Assembly (NCBI RefSeq): GCF_006345805.1 | Contig: NC_043000.1 | Span: forward strand, 42,222,001 to 42,286,000 | Reading direction: 5' to 3' | DNA length: 64,000 nucleotides | Origin: Octopus sinensis | Lineage: Eukaryota | Shown here: in pieces, positions 38,228 through 51,242 of the stretch | How positions within the stretch are numbered: the stretch's first letter is position 1 | How the letters are laid out: the number at the start of each line of letters is the position of its first letter | Made by a program: the position numbers and the translations under genes | The notes under the pieces: model-generated | Database searches by the model: none | What the model was told of the DNA's origin: nothing | Seen by the model: the letters and a program-made list of their open reading frames with translations, nothing else

Positions 38228-39081
38228 ATATGCATTATATATATATGTGTGTGTACGCATTATATATACAAATGTATACAAATTATATATAAATTAAATT
38301 AGAGATAAAACCACTATTAGGCAAATCAAACAGTGAAAAACATAAACCAAAACATAAAAATAAAAATATAATATACAAAATATATAAAATTGAAAAATTT
38401 AAATTATTTAAATTTAAAATTAAAATTATTAATTTATATTTATAATTTAAAAAAAATATATATAACTATCAAAAATTATTAAAAAGTTTAATATACATAA
38501 ATACAGATATATACACTTTGTATATATACATTATATATACATATTTATATATAGAACACACACACACACATATATAAATTAAGCCAATAAATATCTGATT
38601 CATAATATTTGTTCTCATGATTGTATGGCGGTGGTGGCGATGATAATTCTCTCTATGAATGCAGACAGACATACAAAGAGAGAGAGAGAGTGTGAAAGCG
38701 CTGTTGAAGGCAGGGAGGGGGGAGATATAGGACGCTGTGAAATGACGTCATAAAGAGAAGGTGAAGGGAAGGGAGATAAACGCTGTGAAACATCGTTATA
38801 GATAGAATGTGAAAGAAAGGGAGGAAAGAGAGTGAGTGATGGAGGAAGACAGATACATAAAAGAATGAGAGTAGACTTGTCAAAGTGCGTTTTTGGCCCT
38901 AGCAACGACACCTTTTAAGATGGGGATTTCTAACCTAGCCCACTCACATCCTCACCTCATTTTACATGTCCCTGTAAATTTTGGAGTCAATCCGATGAGA
39001 TCTAGTGGCCTTTAACCCGTTCTCAATGCCAAAACCAGACAAACAAACAAACTTTTCGCGTTTCAGAATTATAATATAGAC
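36996..39081 (+). mobile_element. Possible Helentron/DINE-like non-autonomous element with nested RTE tail
   Basis: Starts ACTAGC...GACCCGCTCTACGC after a TA run; ends AATCCGATGAG...CAGACAAACAAACAAACTTTTCGCG...TATAATATAGA, resembling HINE termini from memory. Confidence 0.4.
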
Positions 39082-39840
39082 TGTTCATGTGCGCATATGT
39101 ATTGTGAAGTAAACCCCGAATATTCATACACACAGACAGATTCTAAGTTAAGCTGATGAGATCAGACCAGACCAGACAAACACTCAGCCAAATAGGAACC
39201 ACATCATCAGAATATCAGCACTGAATCAGCTGAAGCTGTCCCACAATCACATCTTAATCTAACCTGCATCTACTTACATCTACCTCCAACCCAACCCACC
39301 AGCCCGACACTCTATGCACCATCCTACCTCCACACAAACATCACTGGTTCATTCCCAGATTTTAGCTGCAATACCAAAACAACATCAATCATATCATCAA
39401 GGGAAGTCTATGAACCAAAAGTCAGTAACAAGATTTCAAAGCTTCTTTTCAATGATTTGTTTGTAAGATTGGCATTATCTATAATAATTAGATTGAATTT
39501 TTCTCTGGTCTTACTAATTTTATCTCTATATACCAGACCTTGTTTACAATTGTCTTCTTGTTTATTGTTCATCTACTACATGTTCTAACTAGTTATTATT
39601 TACAATTGTTATTATTGGTGAGCTCGTAGCATTGTTAATACATTGGGTAAAATGCTTAGTAGCATTCCAAATGTCTTTAGGTTTTGAGTTCAAATTCTTC
39701 TGAGTTTCATTTTGGCTTTCATCCTTTTGGGATCGATAAAATAAGTACCAGTTGAACACTGGGGTTGATGGAATCGACATACCCACTCCTCAAAACATGC
39801 TGGCCTTGTGCTAAAATTGGAAACAATTATTATTATTATC

Positions 39841-39872
<32 letters not shown>

Positions 39873-39900
39873 CATTATTATTATTATATTATTATTATTA

Positions 39901-42716
39901 TCATTCAGTAGTTTTATTTTAATAACGTGCTTTCACTTCACTACTGAGCGCAGCTCTGTGTGCCTTGAGTATGAGCTGTGATTTCTTGTGATGCTCTGAT
40001 GGTTACTGTATGGAAAGTGTTCTGCATAGGATGCGTGCAGTGCCTAGTAGTGCAATTTTCTGTATGTTATATGTGTTTGTAAGTCCTGGTGGTTTTGTTA
40101 TGTATTTGTCTGAATATTTTTTTATCTGAATATTTTTTTATCATGATAGGAATTGTTTCTGTTTTTAGATTCCACATTCTGGTTACCTCTATTTCCAGGT
40201 CTTTGCATTTTGAAAGTTTCTCCATTTCTTTTAGAGACACGTTGTCATCTGCTGGTATTGATACATCAATTAGAAAGCATCTTTTTTCTTCATGATCTTT
40301 GACAACTCTATCTGGTCTGTTGGCCTTAATTTCTCTATCTATGTGTATTGGCATATCCCAGAGTATGGTTGCTTTCTCGTTTTCTGTGACCTTTTCTGGT
40401 GTGTACCTATACCATCTTTTTTCTGTTGTTATTTCATAATGTTGGCATAGCTTCCAGTGTATATAGGTCCCAACTCTGTCGTGTCTGTGAATATATTCCT
40501 TCTTAGCCAGGACTGGGCAGCCAGAGATAATATGATTTATTGTTTCTTGTCCATCTCCACATATTCTGCAGTTACTTGTTATATTTCTTTTCATTACATG
40601 CTTTTGGTAATTTCTGATGGGGAGGCTTTGGTCTTGTGCAGCAATTAAAAATCCTTCTGTCTCTGCTTTGAGTCCTGAGCTTCTCAACCATTGTTGGGAT
40701 TTTTCTTTGTCTATTTCTTTTGCATTTAGTTTAGTCCAGTATTTGCCATGAGGGGGCTTTTCTTGCCATCATTTTATCATGGTTCTTTGCTGTTCTATTT
40801 TTAGTTTGAATTTCATTTGTTTTATGGCTTTTGTTGTTTCTTCTTCTTCTTCTTCTTCTTCTTCTTCTTCTTCTTCTTCTTCTTCTTCTTCTTCTTCTTC
40901 TTCTTCTCTTCTTCTTCTTCTTCTTCTTCTTCTTCTTCTTCATATTTGTTAGGTGGTATGATTTCTTGTTTGTATTTGTCAGCTTCCTTAAATACTGAGA
41001 ACAGTTTATTTGTTTTGCTCGTGTTTTGCCGCTATTTGTATCAGTTTTCCTTCCTTCTGAAATAGATACTTTTGCAGTCCTATGGTGGTTATTTTATAAT
41101 AGTTTTCCTGCTGTATAAGGCCTCTACCACCTTCTATACGTTGTATATATAGCCTTTCTATGTCAGATTTTGGGTGATGCATCCTAGATCCTGTCATTAT
41201 TTTTCTTGTTTTCCTATCTATTTTGGTCAGTTCATTTAGTGTCCAGTTAAGGATATTGTAGCTGTAACTTATAACTGGGATAGCTAAAGTGTTGATACCT
41301 ATTATCTTGTTTTTAGCATTGAGCTCTGTTTTCAGTATTGATCTAACTCGTCTGTAATATTCTTTTTTTTATTTTCTCTTTCATTTGTGTGTGTTGTGTC
41401 TTATCTAGTTCATGGATTCCTAAGTATTTGTAAGTTTGGCTTTGGTCTAATTCTTTTATTTCATTGGTTTTATCTAGTGTGATGTTGCTAGTTTTCCTCT
41501 TTTCAGGGTTACTTTGGCGCAGTTCTCCAATCCAAATTTCATATCTATTTCTTTGGTAAATCCATGAACTGTCTTTAGTTGCATTTCCAGCTGTTTGTCA
41601 TTTGTGGCGTATAGTTTTAGGTCATCCATATTAAAAGGTGGCTGATCGTTTTGCCGTAACATTTATATCTGCATCCAGTTCTGTTTAGCATATCCGATTG
41701 AGGTGACAGTGCCAAGCAGAAAAGGAGTGGAGAGAGCGTGTCTCCCTGGAATATTCCTCTTCTAATGGGGATGGCTTTGGTTTTCACAAGTCCCTCTTTT
41801 GTTTGGAGCTGTAGCACTGTCTGCCATTTATTCATAGAGTGTCCTATGTATTTTATAATTGTTGGTGCAACTTTGTTAATGGCTAGTGTTTCGAGGATCC
41901 ATGTGTGGGGGATGCTATCAAATGCCTTTTTGTAGTCGATCCAGGCCATACTGGGGCCTTTCTTCTTTCTGTGGCTGTCTTCAGTTATGGCTTTATTGAT
42001 CATTAGTTGATCTTTACAGCTATATGAGCCTTTGCGGCATCCTTTCTGCTCTTCTGGAACCAGGTTGTTTTTGTCCAGGTGCTTGTTCAATCTTTGTGAT
42101 ATTACTGCAGTAAATGCTTTGTACATTGTAGGGAGACAGGTTTGCTGTCTTATTTGATTTGGGAATTATGATGGTTTTCCTCTTCATGAGCCATTCAGGC
42201 ATTGTCTCTGGCTCTGCCAGTATGTTGTTAAAGTTTTCAGCCAACTTTTTGTGCATTCCTGTTAGATATTTCAACCAGAAGTTGGGGATCTTGTCATGCC
42301 CAGGTGCCTTCCAGTTGCTTAGTCTTTGCAGTGCCTAGGTGACCTCTTCAGTTGTTATGGGGGTCCAAAGTTGCTCAGATGCTGAGTTTGTTGTTTTAAT
42401 ACTCCTTTTTTTTTGGTTGTTCGTTTGCCGAACATATTTCTCTCCAGAATTCTTCCCCTTCTTTTGCCGTTGGTGCTGCAGTGATTTCTATTTTATTTTT
42501 GCTAAGTTCTTGGTAGAACTTTTTGGGGTTGGAGTTGAACTGTTTGTTTTGTACAAAGAAACGTTGGCATTTCTTGTACTGGCGGATCCTTTGTGCTTTG
42601 GCAAGGATATCTTGTTTTAGCTTTTCTTTTATCTCAGGTAAATCTTTTTCTGTGATGTTGTATTTTCGGAGTATCTTTGTTTTCTTTTTGTTGCTTAGTA
42701 GCGTTGATTGTCTACT
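39901..42716 (-). mobile_element. 5'-truncated, frameshifted R4/Dong-clade non-LTR retrotransposon (RT, CCHC, restriction-like endonuclease)
   Basis: WIDYKKAFDSIPH, GIFQGDTLSPLLF, MDDLKLYA, CRICGDGQETINHIISGC, RPD...IDVSIP...EKLSK; both ends abut (TAA)n arrays. Confidence 0.92.
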
Positions 42717-42732
42717 GTTATTATTATTATTA

Positions 42733-42791
<59 letters not shown>

Positions 42792-43023
42792 GTTATCATT
42801 ATTATTGTTATCATTATTATTATTATTGTTATTATTATTATTATTATCGTTATCATCATTATTATTATTATTATTATTATTATTGTTATTATTATTGTTA
42901 TCATTATTATTATTATTATTATATTATTATTATTATTATTTATTATTATTATATTATTATTATTATATTATTATTACTATTATATTATTATTATTATTAT
43001 ATTATTATTATTATTATTATTAT
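42717..43023. repeat. (ATT)n array; partner array at about 39825-39900
   Basis: Directly visible at both ends of the R4/Dong element. Confidence 0.95.
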
Positions 43024-43232
43024 TAAGGTGGCGAGGTAGCAGAATCACTAGCATATCAAATGAAATGTTTAGTAGCATTTCATCCATCTTTAAACTCTGA
43101 GTTCAAATTCCACAAGGGTCAACTTTCTTTTTCATCGTTTTGGTGGTGATATAAGTACCAGCTGAGCACTGGGGTCAATTTGATTAATTTAATCCTTCTC
43201 CAAACTGCTGGCTTTGTGCCAAAAGTTGAAAC

Positions 43233-43274
<42 letters not shown>

Positions 43275-43810
43275 GTGAGATAATTAAGACCTACCATGAG
43301 CGTCACCCCTGGATATGTGGATAAAATTCATTAGCTTGTGGATGAGGACTGTCAGAGGACAATCAATGACATTGTTGATGTTGTTGGTCTGTCGTATGGG
43401 TCCATGCAGGCAATCCTAACATTTGGATTCTTCACGGCAATAATGCACCGTTACCGAGCTCTCTTCACATGTGAGTTTCTTGCTGAAAACAACATGGTAT
43501 CACTTCGACACCCACCCTGTTTGCCAGATTTAGCATCTGTGGACTTCCATCTCTTCCCCACGATGAAAATACAGCTCAAAGGTTGCTTTTGAATAATGTT
43601 GTCAAGATCGAGAGCAAATTACAGAAGGTCTTTGACTTGCTTACGGAAAATGACTTCCAGACCAGATTCCAAAAGTGGCAGGAGTGCAGGGACCAGTGTA
43701 TTGCTGCACAAGGTGACTGTTTCGAAAAAGATGATGTTAAAACTTAGGTAAATAAGTTATTCTTTATTAAATGTGTAGCTACTCCAGGAACCTTTTGATA
43801 CCACCTCATA
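43275..43810 (+). mobile_element. Internally deleted mariner derivative
   Basis: DEDCQRTINDIVDVVGLSYGSMQAIL joined directly to ...RHPPCLPDLASVDFHLFPTMK; ends in TIR-like CTTTTGATACCACCTCATA. Confidence 0.8.
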
Positions 43811-44262
43811 TCTTTACATAGATATATATATGTACATGCATACATGCATTTGGAATGTGGTTCTATTCTCTGTACAACTTTACTTACAAGAACGGTTTAA
43901 TGCAACAGAGCAGGTTGGATGCTGAAGAACACCAAAACTGCGACCTGACTGCATTGAGCTAATAAGTTTCCTCTCTTTTTGACACTTTTCTTGAAATTCA
44001 ACTGATTTTAGAGCCAACTTAGAAATGCTGTATGATTGTTCTTACTCTTACTCTTTACTCTTTTTACTTGTTTCTGTCATTTGACTGTGGCCATGCTGGA
44101 GTACTGCCTTTTTAGTTGAGCAAATCAACCCCAGGACTTATTCTTTGTAAGCCTGGTATATATTCTATCGGACTCTTCTGCTGAACTGCTGAGTCACGAG
44201 GATGTAAACACACCAGCATTGGTTGTCAAGCGATGTTGGGGGGGACAAGCACAGACTCACAA

Positions 44263-44345
<83 letters not shown>

Positions 44346-46117
44346 TACGACGGGCTTCTTTCAGTTTCCATCTACCAAATCCACTCACAAGGGTTTGGTC
44401 GGCCCGATGCTATAGTAGGAGACACTTGCCCAAGGTGCCACGCAGTGAGACTGAACCCAGAACCATGTGGTTGGTAAGCAAACTACTTACTGCACAGCCA
44501 CTCCTGCGCCTCACAAAGGAATAACTCACTCCTGCATAGTTATAACTAGCCAAATTGCCTTCTACAGTTGTTTATTTTATCATTTGTGTTACATCCTGTT
44601 TTCTATGCTTGCATAGGCTGGATGTATATTTATTTCAGGTAACGTGCATTTTTCTTTTGCTGACAACTCTTACCTGTTTCTCAAGAAAAGGTGTTTTTAT
44701 TCCACTAAACTTGGAAACAGAAAAGCTATAGGATTTAACATTCAGTGCTACAATCCCCGTAAAAAGATGGAGTGCTCATGTCTTGATCAGAGTTGACCTT
44801 GTGCTAAACATCTACAAGAACAATATGAACAACATTGGTAGCATTGTTACCATTTTAGCAAAGTATTGTATTTTTTCCTATCCCAGGTTACAGCTGGCAA
44901 CTTTTGTTGATATACTGAGTGGAAGATAGAAATTGTTGTTCCTACTGTTGTCGATTTTTAGATCAAGATTATCAATGCTCTAAAAGATGTTTGATTGAAG
45001 ATGTTCTGGACAGGATTATTTCATCTTTTCTTCAGATTAATTTAGTGCATTTGGGATTACATTTATGTACCACCAGTCCTTTCACACACAAAAAAAAATG
45101 TGACAGTAGGCGTAGGAGTGGCTGTGTGGTAAGTAGCTTGCTCACCAACCACATGGTTCCAGGTTCAGTCCCACTGCGTGGCACCTTGGGCAAGTGTCTT
45201 CTACTATAGCCTTGGGCCGACCAAAGCCTTGTGAGTGGATTTGGTAGACGGAAACTGAAAGAAGCCCATCGTATATATGTATATGTATATATATATATGT
45301 GCGTGGGTGTGTTTGTTTGTGTGTCCGTGTCTGTCCACCCCCAACATTGCTTGACAACCGATGCTGGTGTGTTTAGGTCCCCGTAACTTAGCGTTTCGGC
45401 AAAACAGACCGATAAAATAAGTACTGGGCTTACAAAGAATAAGTCCTGGGGTCGATTTGCTCGACTAAAGGCGGTGCTCCAGCATGGCCACAGTCAAATG
45501 ACTGAAACAAGTAAAAGAGTAAAGAGAGTAAAGAGAGCATATAATTCAAGAGAAATTTATTTTGTTGCTACTTTTAGCAATTCAAGAAACTGCATTGAAG
45601 AACTATTGGATTGGGAAATATGAAAGTGAAATGGCTTAAATGTTTGTTTTGATTATTGTTTACCTTGTCATCATTATATTTGTCATCGTCATTGACATCA
45701 TCATCGCGTGTGTGTGTATCAACCATTAAATGTCAAGAGGCAGGTGAGGGAAATATATTTATTTAACCACTTAACTATTTCGAAGCCCTCTTGATATAGT
45801 AATGTTTTCAGTGTAGAAGAAATTATGCTTACATGTTTGCCTTGATATTGCATGCTCTACGTTATACAATACATTTGTATATTCAGAAATCAAAGTAAAT
45901 AAAGAACACTAACTCACCACATCACCAGAACATCATGGTTACACCAACAGTTCAAGTTTCTATGATAGCCAAATGATTCTCTGAATACATATCTTATACT
46001 GCAAATATATATATGTATATATATATATATATATATACATACATATATATATATATATATACTCACACACAGAATATATATATATATATATCAGTCATCA
46101 TTTAAAGTCTATTTCCC

Positions 46118-46164
<47 letters not shown>

Positions 46165-46201
46165 TCATTTCATATCCTTCCTGTTGTTGCAAATGATTTA
46201 G

Positions 46202-46334
46202 GTTATGAATGATGATGGACATACATCAAGCATCAGAGACAAGATTCTTAACATTACTGTAAGGAAAGGATGGCTGACAGATACTACTATCGTCTTTCCG
46301 AATGAGAGTGATCAAGGACCCAATACAATTCCTG
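46202..46334 (+). CDS. DNAJB13: DNAJB13 exon 5 (VMNDDGHTSSIRDKILNITVRKGWLTDTTIVFPNESDQGPNTIP)
   Basis: TTAG acceptor, GT donor, 133 nt, in frame after a 21.7-kb intron. Confidence 0.95.
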
Positions 46335-47528
46335 GTATTTATACCATTTTTCATTTTCTTTATATATGTATATGTATATATATATATATAGGTGCAGGAG
46401 TGGCTGTGTGGTAAGTAGCTTGCTTACCAACCACATGGTTCCGGGTTCAGTCCCACTGCGTGGCACCTTGGGCAAGTGTCATCTGCTATAGCCTCGGGCC
46501 GACCAATGCCTTGTGAGTGGAGTTGGTAGACGGAAACTGAAAGAAGCCTGTCGTATATATGTATATATATATATATGTATGTGTGTGTATATGTTTGTGT
46601 GTCTGTGTTTGTCTCCCTAGCATTGCTTGACAACCGATGCTGGTGTGTTTACGTCCCTGTCACTTAGCAGTTCGGCAAAAGTGGCTGATAGAATAAGTAC
46701 TGGGCTTACAAAGAATAAGTCCCAGGGTCGATTTGCTCGACTAAAGGCGGTGCTCCAGCATGGCCACAGTCAAATGACTGAAACAAGTAAAAGAGTAAAA
46801 GAGTAGAGAGAGATATCATCATCATAATCTTTTAACATCCAGTCTTCATGCTGTGGATAGTTTGGCAGGTGTTGGCAAGCTGGAGGGCTACTCAGGCTCC
46901 ATTTGTCTGTTTCAGCATGGCTTCTGTGGTTAGATTCTGTTTAGGAACATGCAAAGTCATTGTGGTCAAGTGAATATAGTGTTGGACTACCAGCTTTGGA
47001 GTTCTGAGTACAAATCCACACTGATGGTATTTTTTTTTGTATTTGAAGCACCACTCATAATTCTACAATTTTACAAAATGATAACATTTGGTACCAGGTT
47101 ATTTGGGATAGAACATTATGGAATAGACCAATGCTGTTACTGCTTGTTCCCTAATAGACCTTAATTGAGAAGATCTTTGATAAAAGGCATTCTGGTTGTG
47201 ATTTTTCTCTCTTTTTCCCAGAGACTCTGCATGTCACACCATATTAATCACTGTCTCCTTATTTTTAACACATTAGAGTGTAATTTGATTGGGATTTGGC
47301 TTCTATCTCTAGAGGATTGAATAACTACATTATGGCCTTTTTGTGACCTATAAAATCACATGTGTTTAGTCAGTTTTAATCTATTATGTTATTTAATTAT
47401 TATTTGCTCCCTACTGTGAAATCAGTGCTTAGTACCCAAACACTTAAAAACTCCCATCTGTGTCTATTAATAACATAAGAAAATCAGTTTCCTCATAAAT
47501 AATTATAATATTTTCATCATAATTTCAG

Positions 47529-47700
47529 CTGATATTATCTTCACTTTGAAAGACCATCCACATGAACGGTTTCACAGAAAAGGTCATGATTTATACCATA
47601 CAGCTACCGTGACCTTGGAGAAGGCCTTGACGGGATGTATAGTTGATATTTCTACTCTGGATGATCGAATTCTACATATTCCTATTACCGATGTAGTAAA
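47529..47700 (+). CDS. DNAJB13: DNAJB13 exon 6 (ADIIFTLKDHPHERFHRKGHDL...LDDRILHIPITDVVK)
   Basis: TTCAG acceptor, GTAAGC donor, 172 nt, DnaJ C-terminal domain motifs. Confidence 0.95.
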
Positions 47701-48379
47701 GTAAGCAGAGAATAGTTACTAAATCTTTTTTACATTTTGTGTTGTTGGTGTAGTCTAATAGTCTAATGGCCAATGACCTTAGTATGAGAACTTGATGGAT
47801 TCCGAGATCAAAAACAATCTGGTAAATAGAGATCTAAAAACTGAATATCTTTTTAACCAGATGTTGGTTCAGGGAAGTACTGACTGAGGAATATGACAGG
47901 AAGGAAGGAAACAATGATTTATTATATAGAGGACAACTCGGATCTTCAAGACAGCTTGCTGTGAGCAACAAACTAGATCTATTATTGGTACAAGGATCCA
48001 GTTAGACAAAACCATGTTAGTGGCTAAGAACTACAGAGGCATAATAGATAAGAGACAGGCCTTGAATTATTTAGAAGGAGTTAGAAGCAAAGAGTAATAT
48101 CAAAGCTAGAAGAGAAGCTGAAAATAATGTAAGGATTTAGATGTTCTGTGAGATGAGGATTAGAGGTGAGAGTTGCTTTGGATTTCAAGGCAGTGTACCA
48201 GAGAGAAATGAGATGTTTGCAAAAAGAATTTATGGAACCATATTTGTGCACTTACTGTGTCTGACCAAGGAGTTTGCTTGCCAGCTATATGGTTTTGGAT
48301 TCAGTTCTACTGTGCTGCATGGTTGGGCAACTGTCTTCTACTATACTCTAAGCTGACCAAAGCCTTGTGAGTGGATTTA

Positions 48380-48582
48380 AGTTAAGTTAAGTTAAGTTAA
48401 TTTTTTGGCTCAAAAAGCAAAAGGCTAGGCCATGTAGGGGGACATGGAGTTATGTACAGGGAAGGTGTTCATGCAAAGAGTGCAGGCCATTTCTGGTCAA
48501 GAGAGACTTTGAACCGAGCGGTCGTCGGCATCTTCACTATCTCGTCTGGCAGCTTATTCCATGGATCCGCAACCCGGACGGA
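48380..48582 (-). mobile_element. CR1-type LINE 3' tip nested in a SINE
   Basis: SVRVADPWNKLPDEIVKMPTTARFKVSLDQKWPALFA*; (AACTT)n tail; GATTTA duplicated at 48374-79 and 48583-88. Confidence 0.85.
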
Positions 48583-50071
48583 GATTTAGTTGACAGAAAT
48601 TGAAAGAAACCCAACATATATATACATGTGTATGTATTTGTGTGTGTGTTTGTGTGTCTCCATCTTTCTATATATATATAAGTATATATATCTGTCTTTG
48701 TCTATCTGTATGTATGTATGTGTGTGGGAGTGGTTCTTTGTTTTGACAACTTGCAATAGTTTTTTATTGGGCATCATCATTTTACAAAAAGTGTCATTTA
48801 TTTCCTGTCTTCTGTGGAAACATGCCCAGCTATGGGAAAATATTAATTTGCTTGGAAACATGTGAAAGCAAGTGATGGGCATCCAATCATAGAAAATCTG
48901 CCTCATTGAATTCTGTCTGACAATACATCATCATCATCATCATCATCATCATTTAACGTCCGCTTTCCATGCTAGCATGGGTTGGATGGTTCAACTGGGG
49001 TCCGGAAAGCCAGAAGGCTGAACCAGGCCCAGTCTGATCTGGCAATGTTTCTATGGCTGAATGCCCTTCCTAACGCCAACCACGCCATGAGTGTAGTTGG
49101 TGCTTTTTACGTGCCACTGGCACAAGCATAGAAAACTGGTCATTCAAAACGATGATAGATTGTTGAATGAGGAGAATGCAGAGGTGAGAGAAGGTCAGCC
49201 CAAAGTAGATCCCACCATATCATCTCTCTTCTACCACCCTTTCACACTATTTCTTTCTCAGTTATCACTTTCTCTTCTGACCATTTCCTCAGTTATGTCA
49301 CCTTGAATGAACAAACAAATTAACCTCTCCAGTGATACTGCTGTGATAAAATGCACCCATTAAACTTTGTAAAATGGTTGGCAAACGATGAGGGACAACA
49401 TCATTAGAGAAGGCTCTCTAGTTTTACTGGGTACAAAACAAAATCTTTAGTGATTGTGACATAAGACGTACCTAGTGTATTCTGTATCAGTGATAGGTGT
49501 TAGGAAGATTATCCAATCATAGCGACTATGCAACTCAGTCTTACAGGGTTCCAAGTGAAGATGTAAACCTCTCAGCTAAGCTCCCAGGTATGATTTTAAA
49601 AAATAAAACTTCAGTTCCTGATCCTTTCAGTCAAGTTATTTCTGTTGTGTGTTTTAGAATCTAAAACATGTTATTTTTCTGGCCCCAGATCTAGTCAAAA
49701 CAAGCAGACCAGAAATCAAAGTCATTGAACTGTGATCATCTGGTTTGCATTTTGTTTTTTTCCAGATATAATGCTTGTAGTATTCTAATATTCTGTAGGT
49801 CCCCTTTCAAGAAGGCAAATGTATAATTTGAAGGAAATTTGGCTGCTATTACTAGTATTTAGAATAGCAATGTAAAGCTCCATAGGTGACATTATTGAGT
49901 GGTAATTTAATATATATTTTTAATGTAGCAACAAAACAGTACTAGAAATACATTTTAGCCACTGTAGCAGATCTAGCATTTAATCTGTGCTGTTAAGCAA
50001 AATATCTGTTATCTATACTGAACATAGTTTTACCATTAACTAATGCAAAGCTATTTATGTTTCTGTTTCAG

Positions 50072-50222
50072 ACCTGGTTACTCAAAAGTAGTGCCAGGAG
50101 AAGGAATGCCACATGCTGACAATCCCGATAAATTTGGCAATCTTATAATAAATTTTGAAATAGAATTTCCCAGAACGTTGTCACCAGATAGAAGAACCAT
50201 GGTGAAAAATTGCCACTTGTAA
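50072..50222 (+). CDS. DNAJB13: DNAJB13 exon 7 (PGYSKVVPGEGMPHADNPDKFGNLIINFEIEFPRTLSPDRRTMVKNCHL*)
   Basis: TTCAG acceptor, GEGMP motif, TAA at 50220-50222. The seven exons sum to 951 nt (316 aa plus stop). Confidence 0.95.
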
Positions 50223-50254
50223 ATAAATTTGTACTTTCACATTTGTGTGTGTGA

Positions 50255-50286
<32 letters not shown>

Positions 50287-50430
50287 GTGTGTGTGTGTAT
50301 ACTCATATATATATATATGCATACATAAACACATGTGCATATATTTGTATATTTGCATATTTATATGTGTGTATATATCTATTCATATATATATATGTGT
50401 ATGTATGAATGCACATGTATATTTACATCC

Positions 50431-50483
<53 letters not shown>

Positions 50484-50612
50484 CATATATATATGTGTGT
50501 GTGTGTGTATATATACATGTATATATTTATAATGTGAATATATGTGTTTGTGTATTTATATATTTGTGTATATATGTATGTATATATATATATATATGTG
50601 TGTGTGTATATG

Positions 50613-50643
<31 letters not shown>

Positions 50644-51242
50644 ATATGTACCTATATATACATATGCATACACACATATACTGATCACAACATTTGTCCG
50701 AGTATATACATTATAAAAGAAATACTTTAGAACAATAGTTAATCTGTTCCTTGTCATTCAAGGTTGTTTGATTGTGCTCTGTGTCTTATTACTATAACAC
50801 TGAGACTGTGTGATTTCTTCGCTTGACTCTTTCAATCTATTCTGAATTGAAGTCAGAAAAGAGAAAAAAAAAAAAAAAAATCAAGTGCATTCTCAGTTCC
50901 AACCATTCTGATTTGTACGTAGACTAAAGACTGACTACATAAAACTTGTAATAATTTGGGTTCCTGATATAGCACAAAAACGGAACCTAGTTTCTTAATT
51001 ATCTCTTACTTTTCACTTGTTTCAATCATTGGATTGCAGCCATGCTGGGGCATCGTCTTGAAGGATTTAGTTGGTCAAATTGATCCCTTTACTTATCTTT
51101 TTGTTTGCTACTTATTCTACTGGCCTCTTTTGCGAAACCACTAAGTTAGATGGATGTAAACAAACCATTACTGGTTGTCAAACAATCGGGGTTACAAACA
51201 CAGACATAAAGACATAAACACACATATCACACACACACACAC

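Noticed and set aside
39153-39190. CTGATGA hammerhead half
   Set aside because: No GAAA after a stem II and no stem I partner.
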